A DNA stretch of 64,000 nt, from IMG/VR virus record IMGVR_UViG_3300017917_002918, positions 32,001 to 96,000 of that record. One strand, given 5' to 3'. The notes under the pieces are model-generated. The model ran no database searches. It was not told the origin of the DNA and was given only the letters and a program-made list of their open reading frames with translations. This document shows positions 41,272 through 50,410 of the stretch, one piece after another. Each line of letters begins with the position of its first letter. Position 1 is the first letter of the stretch. The stretch is from a virus. Made by a program: the position numbers and the translations under genes.

Positions 41272-42225
41272 TCATAAATTAAATACTAGGTCAATTATTT
41301 TATCCTTTACATTTCCATTAATTGGATTTCCTCCAGCCGAAAAATGACCTCCACCGCCCATTTGTTTGGCTACGACACTCACATCCACCTTACCAGTACC
41401 TCTATAGCTTACTGCATAGGATGGATTAATCATTGCAACAAAATCTATATCAGGATTTAACTTACACAATGTGTTACCTAATTCAGATGTATACATCTCA
41501 GAGAATACAATTCCAACATTATAACCCATTATTTCTCTCTTGATTATGTATTTGTTTTTAGTTTCAATATACTTGTCAATATCACGTTGTCTATACTCTA
41601 ATAGTTTTAAATCAAATTTATTCAACTTTACAGCTACTTCATTTTTGATCTGTATCTCAATTTTAGACACAAACTCATCTCTACCAATTATGTACAATAA
41701 ATCGTTAAATTGTTTTGGTGTTACATCGTTATATTTTGTTTGCCATAACCATGTGTCATATTTTCTAACTATTTCACAATATGAGCGCAATCTGTCATAC
41801 ATATCTTTGTTCATTTCACTTAATTCCCACATGCGATTAAGACAATTGAGAAACAAACTAGTACCACATGTCAATTCACCATTAACTTCAACAAGAACTC
41901 CTGCCCAATCATAGTTATTCAAGTATTCTGCTGTTTTGTGGTGATCTCGTAATGTTACCATATTGCACAGTCTATGTACTTTATTTGGTGTTATTGTTAC
42001 TTCAGATTCTATTAACTCTGCTACTTCCACACTCACCGACAAATCAGTTATGTACACATGATCATAAGCTAAATATTCTTTGTTAGTAATGAATCTTTGT
42101 ACCTTTTCATTAATATCTCCTGGATGTGCATATTCAATGTCTACATCTTTGTTGTAGACTACTTTTGCAACAATTCCACATGAAATACCATCTAAATCGC
42201 TGTCTGTAAATAATTTAACTTTCAT
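41272..42225 (-). CDS. DHH/DHHA1 phosphoesterase (NrnB-like)
   Basis: DSDLDG, ITDL, DHH, GGGH. Confidence 0.85.
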   Translation of the reverse strand: MKVKLFTDSDLDGISCGIVAKVVYNKDVDIEYAHPGDINEKVQRFITNKEYLAYDHVYITDLSVSVEVAELIESEVTITPNKVHRLCNMVTLRDHHKTAEYLNNYDWAGVLVEVNGELTCGTSLFLNCLNRMWELSEMNKDMYDRLRSYCEIVRKYDTWLWQTKYNDVTPKQFNDLLYIIGRDEFVSKIEIQIKNEVAVKLNKFDLKLLEYRQRDIDKYIETKNKYIIKREIMGYNVGIVFSEMYTSELGNTLCKLNPDIDFVAMINPSYAVSYRGTGKVDVSVVAKQMGGGGHFSAGGNPINGNVKDKIIDLVFNL

Positions 42226-42318
42226 AAAGTCACCATCCTTTTCTTTGTTATAGAAAAATTCTCTTACATTAATTATAACATAAGAGAATTTAAAGTCAAT
42301 ATTATCATAATTTAATTA

Positions 42319-43980
42319 TCAACTAATTTTAAATAAATTTTCAAATATTTTTTCTAAGACATCGACCACTATACTGTTTCCTGCGCACTTATACATTTGT
42401 GTCCTAGACATACCGACCGCCTTACACTTTTCCACATCTTCGTCCGTAAAGCCCATCAAACGCCATGCTTCTTTTTCTGTAAGTTTTCTAATCCTGTATT
42501 GTGGAGTTAAATATTTAAGAGGATCTTTGTATTCTCTTGATGATATGCATGGTAGAATATGTTCACTACTATAAACCCTGTTGTTATGTTCGTATCCATC
42601 TCCTAATGAGCCAATTTGTTTGCAGCTATTAGTATGGTCTATTATCTTTGGAGAATCAGTTCTGTTAAGTATTGTAGGACTTATACCATTCGAACTATAA
42701 ACCCTACGCTGACGTTCATTGTCGTTTATTATATCTAGTGGTATATCAAACTGCTTAATAATTTCATTTGGTTCAAGTATCTTAATTTCCTGATTGCCAC
42801 CAGTTACGGTGGTTATTGTTGGTGAACATCCTTCAGAGGAGTATACACGTTTTAGATAATCATGACCATTGATATTATCTAGTCTACCAATGCAATCACA
42901 CTCGTTATCATTAAGTAATACACCATGTCTATCTTGTGCCGTAAGTGTAAACATGGAATCACCATCTTCCTTAAATCGTCTACCATTTTGTCTTTTATTT
43001 ACTCTGTCTGGTGTTATACATGGAATAGCAATATGTGTTCTTTGTCCATGATTATCTAGTCCTTTATGATAATTTGAATCAATGCAATTTGATATGTCGC
43101 TAGTTTGAATCCTTAACTTTTCATGGTCTTGTAATACTGGTGATTGATTGTGTAATTGATCCTGCTGTTTTAAAGTTTCTATTAATTTCTTAGTTTTTTC
43201 TTCGCTTATGTAATATTTTTCATCTACTTCTTTTTCAAGAAAATCTTTAAGTCTTAATCCATTGTCAAAAGGTTCTGGGAATTGAAATGTACCATCATCT
43301 ATATCTTTTCTAATACTAACTATGTAAATTCTTCTTCTATTTTGTGGTACGCCATAATTTTTTGAATTTAAGACTTTGTGATAATTGTTATACCCAACTT
43401 CTTCTAAATCAAATAAAATTGATTCAAATTCATTTTTAAATTTCTTATGTGTCAAAGCTTCTACATTTTCAATAATTGAATACTTAGGTTTATTATATTT
43501 TAATATTCTCAATCCATCGTAATATAATCCGCTTCTTGTTTTATTACCTTCTTCGTCTACAAATCCTTTTTGTTCCCCCGCAATGCTGATATCCTGACAA
43601 CAAAATCCCCATGACATCAAATCAAATTCGGGCAATATTTTTTCATCAATATCAATTATGCTCCCTAAATTTTTACTTCTTTTGTTTGCATTATATAATT
43701 GTCTAAGTTTATCAGGCTTTATTTTATTTTTATCACATGGTTTTTTACCATCTGTTGTAAATGTAAAGCTTTCTAATTCCTTCAATATTTCATCTTTGCT
43801 CATATCTCTAGAATAATCAATACCATCATTTGTATGTATTGCATCATATGATATTATTGCATTTACATCCCATTCTGATATACCAATCATTTCATAATCA
43901 ATGTCTAGGTTTGTCAAAGATCGTTCGAACGCTCCAATTCCTGAAAAAAGAGATAATACTTTTAATTTATTTAACATCAT
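42319..43980 (-). CDS. DNA cytosine-C5 methyltransferase with long multi-module variable region
   Basis: FSGIG, GFCCQD, ENV, QNRRR, GNS; repeated RVYSS modules. Confidence 0.9.
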   Translation of the reverse strand: MMLNKLKVLSLFSGIGAFERSLTNLDIDYEMIGISEWDVNAIISYDAIHTNDGIDYSRDMSKDEILKELESFTFTTDGKKPCDKNKIKPDKLRQLYNANKRSKNLGSIIDIDEKILPEFDLMSWGFCCQDISIAGEQKGFVDEEGNKTRSGLYYDGLRILKYNKPKYSIIENVEALTHKKFKNEFESILFDLEEVGYNNYHKVLNSKNYGVPQNRRRIYIVSIRKDIDDGTFQFPEPFDNGLRLKDFLEKEVDEKYYISEEKTKKLIETLKQQDQLHNQSPVLQDHEKLRIQTSDISNCIDSNYHKGLDNHGQRTHIAIPCITPDRVNKRQNGRRFKEDGDSMFTLTAQDRHGVLLNDNECDCIGRLDNINGHDYLKRVYSSEGCSPTITTVTGGNQEIKILEPNEIIKQFDIPLDIINDNERQRRVYSSNGISPTILNRTDSPKIIDHTNSCKQIGSLGDGYEHNNRVYSSEHILPCISSREYKDPLKYLTPQYRIRKLTEKEAWRLMGFTDEDVEKCKAVGMSRTQMYKCAGNSIVVDVLEKIFENLFKIS

Positions 43981-44124
43981 TTCATCCTCCGATGTGTTGT
44001 TATACTACTTATTAATTTTAATGCCTCAGAACGCCTCGTAGGGCTTCCTAAATTTTTACAAAATAGATTTAAATTAATATAATTTATCATAATTTAATTA
44101 TTAATTATTTTACAAAAATTTCAT

Positions 44125-44170
44125 GTAAAACTGTTAATTTAGCTGAATTTTTGTGACCTAAAACCGTTGA
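44125..44170 (+). repeat. Extended junction site: 18-bp core plus accessory motif
   Basis: GTAAAA-CTGTTA-ATTTAG, 16 bp, TAAAACCGTTGA. Confidence 0.65.
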
Positions 44171-44183
44171 CACATCTATGTTG

Positions 44184-45200
44184 TTAAATATTACCAATGT
44201 CACTATTTAATGAATTTTTGTGATTTTCTATCCTAATATTTGCCAAATTAAAATATGTTTCATCCATTTCAAACCCTATGTAATTTCTATTAGTATTAAC
44301 ACATGCAATGGCTGTAGTCCCACTTCCCATAAATGGATCAAATATTGTCATATATTCATCACTGCTGTGTTTTATTATATTTTCAATTAATTCAACTGGT
44401 TTTGGTGTAATGTGTCCATGCTTGGGTGCAGGAGGATATAACCATACATTACTATTAGCCCTCAAATCTTCTTTAACTGTAGCTGTATTAAATTTATATC
44501 TTAAATCTTCATATTCTCTTCTTAAATCTTCATATTCTCTAAACCCAGCCCATTTATTAATATTTAGTTTGTCTACCATTTCTTGATAAACTTCTTTTGT
44601 GCCTAAATCCCATTGGGTTGTTTTCCAGTAAAAAGAATGTTCGGCTTTTCTATGTCCTAATTGCTCATTGATTTTTTTTAGTCCCAACCCTATGTATTCT
44701 TGTAAATCTTTAAAATATTTTCTTAATGAAGAGAAGTTATTGGTGTCCAGCATCACAGTATTTAATCCAGTTTCATCTTGAAAGGTATAATACAATATAT
44801 ATTCGGTGAAACCATTATAATAATTTCTCATCATATCAATACTTAATCTTTGCTGAACATATCCGTAATTTTTAAAATTTGGATCAATTTTATTCCATGT
44901 TATCAATTGTTTAAATACAAATTTACTATTTTTATTCAGCCAATTTTGCAATTCTACAATCTGCATAAAATCATTGTGAAAGAAATAAAAACTACCATTG
45001 TCTTTCAATACTCTTTGACATTCAGTAAACACCTTACCCATAAAATCTATGTAATCACTTTTATTTTTCCATTTATCCCATCGCTTATCTTTCCCAATGT
45101 TATATGGAGGATCTGCAACTATTAAATCGATACTCTTGTTTGGCATCAGTTTCATACCCTCTAAACAATCCTGATTATATATTTTATTTATCTCTAACAA
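44184..45200 (-). CDS. Beta-class N4/N6 DNA methyltransferase
   Basis: ADPPY precedes DPFMGSGTT; H-TPKP. Confidence 0.9.
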   Translation of the reverse strand: MLEINKIYNQDCLEGMKLMPNKSIDLIVADPPYNIGKDKRWDKWKNKSDYIDFMGKVFTECQRVLKDNGSFYFFHNDFMQIVELQNWLNKNSKFVFKQLITWNKIDPNFKNYGYVQQRLSIDMMRNYYNGFTEYILYYTFQDETGLNTVMLDTNNFSSLRKYFKDLQEYIGLGLKKINEQLGHRKAEHSFYWKTTQWDLGTKEVYQEMVDKLNINKWAGFREYEDLRREYEDLRYKFNTATVKEDLRANSNVWLYPPAPKHGHITPKPVELIENIIKHSSDEYMTIFDPFMGSGTTAIACVNTNRNYIGFEMDETYFNLANIRIENHKNSLNSDIGNI

Positions 45201-45236
45201 ATCAATTCACCTCATTATTATTTTTTGATTACATAA

Positions 45237-45485
45237 TCAAATACTCGTTTTATTTCGATTTCCCCTACTAAGCTCATCGAGGTTATCTTTTAAATTACAA
45301 TAATGAACATTAGAAAAACTAAGTTTTACCATACCTTCATGTCTTAACCAGCCTGTATTTTTCTCTAGTAATTCAATATCATATGATGTTTCACCATTTA
45401 CTTTATTAATTTTTGTTATTTTACACTTTTTGCCATAGTATTCGTTATCCATATTGATATAAAGTATATCGCCTATATTCCTCAT
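45237..45485 (-). CDS. Hypothetical cassette-like ORF
   Basis: Bounded by sites 45498 and 45236; C-terminus NKTSI is encoded by the site. Confidence 0.6.
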   Translation of the reverse strand: MRNIGDILYINMDNEYYGKKCKITKINKVNGETSYDIELLEKNTGWLRHEGMVKLSFSNVHYCNLKDNLDELSRGNRNKTSI

Positions 45486-45515
45486 AATAACCCTCCTATA
45501 AAAATTCGATTTTAT

Positions 45516-45722
45516 TTACAATCTTCTTCCACACATAGGACAAAAATTTATTCTTTTATCTATACCAAAATTTACTTCTAATTCATTGCTATCAACTGTT
45601 TTAACTCTTATATGTCTTAATTTTGGAATAAATATTATATCTAAACTTCTTATAGTTCCATCTGATGATTTATAATCTTCAAGAATTGTTTGTTCAACAT
45701 TACAGTAATCGCAGTCACACAT
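45516..45722 (-). CDS. Small Zn-ribbon protein
   Basis: CDYC...INFCPMCGRRL. Confidence 0.65.
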   Translation of the reverse strand: MCDCDYCNVEQTILEDYKSSDGTIRSLDIIFIPKLRHIRVKTVDSNELEVNFGIDKRINFCPMCGRRL

Positions 45723-45752
45723 TAATATATTTCCTCCTCATCAAATCTTACC

Positions 45753-46598
45753 TTATTGTATTTCTGGTATTTGTTCTTTTATGTATTTATAAACGTGCCA
45801 TTGTAATAAATTCGGAGTAGCAGTCATTGGATATATTTCTTCCCAAATGACATCTTTTAATAGGCTTATTATTATTTCTTTATATTCTTTTTTATTGATT
45901 TTTATAAAAAACTCTTTAGCGTATTGCCTATCATTGTCTGATAAGAACCCACCTAATTTCAGTCCATTTTGACCAGTTCCCCATGCAAGTATTCTAATGT
46001 CATAATCAAAAATATCTTTAGTTATTACTTTTTGTCTTTTGGGGTTGCTATTTTTTATACTTTCCCTTATTTCCCTTATTTCCATTATTTCCATTATTTT
46101 ATAATTTTGTTTTTTATTTAATCCATTGTAGGGTCTTTTATAAATATTAAAACAACAATGCACTTTTCGATCACTATATTGTCTTATTCCCAAATCCTCA
46201 CTATGTATTAAATCAAATTTATATATTGATTGAGTGTTATTTAATTGGCTAATTGGAAGTATAAATGCCACATAATCCGACAATTCAAAAGACTTATTAC
46301 AAAACGCCTTAGTTAAATTATTTTTATTCCCATATGGGGGATTTCCGATTACACACCTTCCAGATTTATATTTCAAATCATTTATTAAATAATCTTGTTT
46401 AATAATTCTATCGTCTTCTGGTTCTATATCATAAGCTAAAGTTTCTTTTGGCAAATAATTCAGAAACACACCTGCTCCTGCACTCGGTTCTATGTATTCT
46501 GATATATTTTGCTCACCTATTATTTCTTTTGTTTTATTAACTATGTATTCTGCTAACTCTTGCGGAGTATAATATTTATCATTCAATATTTTAGCCAT
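45753..46598 (-). CDS. Amino-methyltransferase (N6-adenine, gamma-like), paralogue 1
   Basis: DKYYTP, EPSAGAG, IGNPPYG, AFILP. Confidence 0.8.
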   Translation of the reverse strand: MAKILNDKYYTPQELAEYIVNKTKEIIGEQNISEYIEPSAGAGVFLNYLPKETLAYDIEPEDDRIIKQDYLINDLKYKSGRCVIGNPPYGNKNNLTKAFCNKSFELSDYVAFILPISQLNNTQSIYKFDLIHSEDLGIRQYSDRKVHCCFNIYKRPYNGLNKKQNYKIMEIMEIREIRESIKNSNPKRQKVITKDIFDYDIRILAWGTGQNGLKLGGFLSDNDRQYAKEFFIKINKKEYKEIIISLLKDVIWEEIYPMTATPNLLQWHVYKYIKEQIPEIQ

Positions 46599-46667
46599 AA
46601 TATACCTCCATTATTATTTTTATTCTTATATTTTGATTATTTAACTTCTGATCAAATCTTACTTTTA

Positions 46668-47051
46668 TTACCATGTGATTGTGGGATAAATTTCTTCACA
46701 TTTTCCATTTTTAAAAACCCATCTCCACAAATTATCATCTTCTCCACTCATTTCAATATATGAATCCTCTTCAACGTAAGGAGCTATAGAATTAAATATT
46801 TCTAAATCATCACCTAGTTTTTCTCCTGAGAAATAATCAATTTTATAATCGCCATTTGTATTTTCAACTAGAGGGTATCTAATTTCTTCAAATGCTTCTT
46901 CTATGGTTTCACAATCTAAAATTGTATCAATATCTACCCACATTAATTTTTCCTTAGTTTTAACAAAATCTTTTAATGCTTTCAAAACAAAATTGGCATT
47001 TTCTTTCTTTATAACAAATCTAATTTCGTTACTTTCTATACAATATCCCAT
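46668..47051 (-). CDS. Hypothetical cassette-like ORF
   Basis: Bounded by sites 47067 and 46651. Confidence 0.6.
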   Translation of the reverse strand: MGYCIESNEIRFVIKKENANFVLKALKDFVKTKEKLMWVDIDTILDCETIEEAFEEIRYPLVENTNGDYKIDYFSGEKLGDDLEIFNSIAPYVEEDSYIEMSGEDDNLWRWVFKNGKCEEIYPTITW

Positions 47052-47080
47052 AATAAACCTCTCCTTATAAATACTTAAAT

Positions 47081-47878
47081 TTATTGTATTTCTGGTATGT
47101 ATTTTTTCAACACATCATTAATGTGAAATTGTTGAATTTTTAACATTGCAATACAGTTTAATTCTTTTTTCCAGTCTACATTTTTCAAAACATTAATTAT
47201 TTCGTTTTCTAAGACTTTGTTGTTGATAATTATTTTGTATTCAGCAGAATAACTCTCATTATCATTTAATATTTTTCCTGCGGAAGAATCTCCCCAATAA
47301 CACATTCTAATATTGTAATCTTTGATTGCATTAAACTTTTTACTATCTTGTCTTACTATGGTGATGTCTTTTAATTTATTTTTTTGCTTTTTATTAAACT
47401 CTCCGTTTTCAGGTCTTTTATAAATATTAAAACAACAATGTAAATCTATATTAGAATATGTTTGAACTCCTAAATCTTCACTATGTATTAAATCAAATTC
47501 ATATAAACTATTTGTATTATTTAATTGGCTTATAGGTAGTATAAAAGCTACATAATCACTGAGTTCTATTGCTTTTTTGTAAAATTTTTGTGCCATATGC
47601 ATATTTCTTCCGTATGGAGGATTTCCTATAATTAATCTTCCCCATAAATATCCGCACCCCAACTCCAAAAAATCTTGTCTTTTTATTGTAGGATGCTCAG
47701 GTTCAATATCATATGCCCAACATAATGACGGAACATTTAAACTAAAGCTTCCATTCCCTGCCGATGGTTCTATAACTTCAGAAATATTTTCTTCACCTAT
47801 GATTTCATAGGTTTTATCAATACAATATTGTGCTAAATCAACAGAAGTATAATATTTGTCTAATGCTATTTTGCTCAT
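47081..47878 (-). CDS. Amino-methyltransferase (N6-adenine, gamma-like), paralogue 2
   Basis: DKYYT, EPSAGNG, IGNPPYG, AFILP. Confidence 0.8.
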   Translation of the reverse strand: MSKIALDKYYTSVDLAQYCIDKTYEIIGEENISEVIEPSAGNGSFSLNVPSLCWAYDIEPEHPTIKRQDFLELGCGYLWGRLIIGNPPYGRNMHMAQKFYKKAIELSDYVAFILPISQLNNTNSLYEFDLIHSEDLGVQTYSNIDLHCCFNIYKRPENGEFNKKQKNKLKDITIVRQDSKKFNAIKDYNIRMCYWGDSSAGKILNDNESYSAEYKIIINNKVLENEIINVLKNVDWKKELNCIAMLKIQQFHINDVLKKYIPEIQ

Positions 47879-47939
47879 ATTACTTCTCCTATCATTATTT
47901 TTATATTTTGATTATATAAAATACAATAAATTCCACAAT

Positions 47940-48167
47940 TTATTTACTTCTAAATTCTTTCATATATTCAATAGTTTCTTCTGTTAAGGGCTTACCATTT
48001 ACCATGTGATTTAAAAATTCTTGTAATTGTTCTATTTTTACCCAATATTTAGATGGGGCTTTCAACCACCAATTAGAAGTCTCACATTTCTTAAATTCAT
48101 TAATAACATCCAATGCTATCATTAATTCTTTTATGTCTCGTTTTGACTTTAGAAAGTCAGTAATCAT
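47940..48167 (-). CDS. Hypothetical cassette-like ORF
   Basis: Bounded by sites 48183 and 47926. Confidence 0.6.
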   Translation of the reverse strand: MITDFLKSKRDIKELMIALDVINEFKKCETSNWWLKAPSKYWVKIEQLQEFLNHMVNGKPLTEETIEYMKEFRSK

Positions 48168-48196
48168 ATAAATTACCTCCTTATAAATTCACAATT

Positions 48197-48595
48197 TTAT
48201 ACACTCTTTTTTATGGTTTCCAAAATTCTATCGCTCAAAGAATACGAAAGGGCTTCTATTATTTTATCATTATAAGAGTCATCTTCGATTTGTTGTATTT
48301 TTGTAATTAATAATTCAGGATTATCTTGTAAGTATTTTTCTATTATTGCCCCACCCCCACACTCCATAACTTTAAAAATAAAATAACTTTCTTCTTCTAT
48401 TGATTCTTTCACCCTATTACTCAGTTCCTCTTTATACAATGGGATTAAGTCACGAATTAACCCATCTCTTATGCTTTCTGTGATAAGTTCAGCCAAATAC
48501 TTTTGTCCTATATTGGCAATTTTGTTTCTCAATTCAGAAATTATTATTTCTTTAATTTCAAACCTGTCTAAGTAATTTTCGATATTTATATCCAC
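48197..48595 (-). CDS. Hypothetical cassette-like ORF
   Basis: Bounded by sites 48613 and 48183. Confidence 0.6.
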   Translation of the reverse strand: MDINIENYLDRFEIKEIIISELRNKIANIGQKYLAELITESIRDGLIRDLIPLYKEELSNRVKESIEEESYFIFKVMECGGGAIIEKYLQDNPELLITKIQQIEDDSYNDKIIEALSYSLSDRILETIKKSV

Positions 48596-48625
48596 AAATA
48601 TTCACCATCCTTATAAATTCATAAT

Positions 48626-48910
48626 TTATCTATATTCCCATTCATTTGTTTCCTCGTTAAATATCATAAAAGCTCTATCCATAATACACTTCTTATCATC
48701 TAAATTCCAAAGTTCCTGTAAATTATCTCTTTCAGAATTAGTATCTGTGTCGATAGACGTTAATTTATTGTCTTTTTCGGACTCTTCTCTTACTTCAATG
48801 AGAATTTTTAATGCATCCAATACATCTCCGTTAAAATCATCTGGTAAATTTAGCACTAACTCCCTTATGTAAAATATTTTTTTTGATTTCATATTATCCT
48901 CCTTATTCAA
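48626..48910 (-). CDS. Hypothetical protein
   Basis: Stop codon lies inside site 48613. Confidence 0.55.
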   Translation of the reverse strand: MNKEDNMKSKKIFYIRELVLNLPDDFNGDVLDALKILIEVREESEKDNKLTSIDTDTNSERDNLQELWNLDDKKCIMDRAFMIFNEETNEWEYR

Positions 48911-49226
48911 TATCTGGTAATTCGATAGTCTTACCAGCCATCATATGTGTACAATCTGACAAGTATTCAATTATCCCATCTGTTACGAATGAATGACAAA
49001 CTTCTGTTACATACTCACCTTCCCACCCTTTAGGAGCTGGATTTTCATTACTGTAACCTTTAGGATGTTTCCATTTAACTAACATTGATGCCCTAAATGT
49101 TGGGTTATTAACGTCACCATTAAACGCCCATCTACTATCAAACATATGGCTTCTTCTACAAGCAGGACATTCTATTAGATAGTAAATTGTGCCGTCATTG
49201 TTGATTCCTTTTAATACTTTTGACAT
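48903..49226 (-). CDS. DUF6527-like Cys/His metal-binding protein
   Basis: CPAC...H...W-FNGD...PTF..S...CHSFVTDG-I-YL-DCTH..AG. Confidence 0.6.
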   Translation of the reverse strand: MSKVLKGINNDGTIYYLIECPACRRSHMFDSRWAFNGDVNNPTFRASMLVKWKHPKGYSNENPAPKGWEGEYVTEVCHSFVTDGIIEYLSDCTHMMAGKTIELPDIE

Positions 49227-49360
49227 GTTGTTCTCCTTATAAAGTTCATGATTTATTGCATCCCTACATATCTGTATTCGGCAAGATCATCTAGTGCCTT
49301 CTTTGTTCTTTTACACTTATTTTTATATCTACTAATATTCCTCTTATAACTCATCAAATA

Positions 49361-49609
49361 TCACCTTTTTCTATACAATTTAGCTATTCCCAGTATCTTT
49401 TTATTCAAATCAGCTCTTTTCTCATCAGAAATAGTATAGCTATATACTGTCATAAAATCTCCAACCATAATCTCTGTGTTTCCATATTCAAATGTTTCAG
49501 AGTATAAATTACAATTTGTACAACTATATTTAAACTCTACTTCTGATTGTTCGTCTGAATAACTATAAACTTTTATTAAATCTTTATCACATATTGGACA
49601 TTTAATCAT
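49361..49609 (-). CDS. Small Zn-ribbon protein
   Basis: CPIC...CTNC. Confidence 0.55.
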   Translation of the reverse strand: MIKCPICDKDLIKVYSYSDEQSEVEFKYSCTNCNLYSETFEYGNTEIMVGDFMTVYSYTISDEKRADLNKKILGIAKLYRKR

Positions 49610-49797
49610 CGCAATTCTCCCAAAACTCTATCATAACTATTCCATGTAAGTTTAATTACTCTTCTATCACCATTAGTTGAATATACAACTTCTGCTTCTG
49701 AGCTACACTTTGAACATCTTAGCCAATCTATTCTAACTGAGATGTCATTCACATCATTATAGCAAGCCATTTCTGTTTTACATTTTATACATTTCAT
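49606..49797 (-). CDS. Small Zn-ribbon protein
   Basis: CIKC...CSKC. Confidence 0.55.
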   Translation of the reverse strand: MKCIKCKTEMACYNDVNDISVRIDWLRCSKCSSEAEVVYSTNGDRRVIKLTWNSYDRVLGELR

Positions 49798-49837
49798 GAG
49801 TTCGCATCCTCCTGATCAAATACTTCATTTATTGTTA

Positions 49838-50152
49838 TTACTTATAAAATATCTTTCTACAATCTGGACACTTCCACATCTGTTTGATTACTGAGTCACT
49901 AAACTTCTCACAATAACCTGTATTAAAAATGTTTTCATGATTACACATCTCTTGTGTTAATCGCCTTAATTGTTCAGTTCTGTTTTTTATTCCATTTTGA
50001 ATCTCTTCAATGTGATTTTCTAATTTTGGAATGATACTATCTAAGTGTTTCTTTGCACAAATAGGGCACAGTGACTTTTCTTTGCAACGTCCAATAGGAT
50101 AAATCTTCTTTGTTTCAGTGCCACACCAATTACAAAATACCATTAATCTCAC
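49838..50152 (-). CDS. Zn-ribbon/coiled-coil protein
   Basis: CNWC, CPIC, CPDC. Confidence 0.55.
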   Translation of the reverse strand: MRLMVFCNWCGTETKKIYPIGRCKEKSLCPICAKKHLDSIIPKLENHIEEIQNGIKNRTEQLRRLTQEMCNHENIFNTGYCEKFSDSVIKQMWKCPDCRKIFYK

Positions 50153-50182
50153 ACTCCAATCAATTTGTTTTATCTTGTTTTT

Positions 50183-50350
50183 TTAATACTCCCAATGTCC
50201 CCAGTAAAATGTTACCAGATAACTCCCACAGTCTTTACAATAAAGACTGAATTCCACTTCGATTGTATCATTTTCGTCTTTAGTTGTTTTAATGTTTCTT
50301 TTTTCATGATTAGTAGAATTGCATTTATGACATGTATAAGTATCTATCAC
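50183..50350 (-). CDS. 55-aa Zn-ribbon protein (not in ORF track)
   Basis: GTG start after AAGGAG; CHKC...CKDC. Confidence 0.55.
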   Translation of the reverse strand: MIDTYTCHKCNSTNHEKRNIKTTKDENDTIEVEFSLYCKDCGSYLVTFYWGHWEY

Positions 50351-50364
50351 ACAACCATCTCCTT

Positions 50365-50410
50365 ATAAAACATAGATTTTACTTGCTTTTACGATCTCTA
50401 AAACTCTTAT
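50365..50410 (+). repeat. Extended junction site: 18-bp core plus accessory motif
   Basis: ATAAAA-CATAGA-TTTTAC, 16 bp, TAAAACTCTTAT. Confidence 0.6.
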
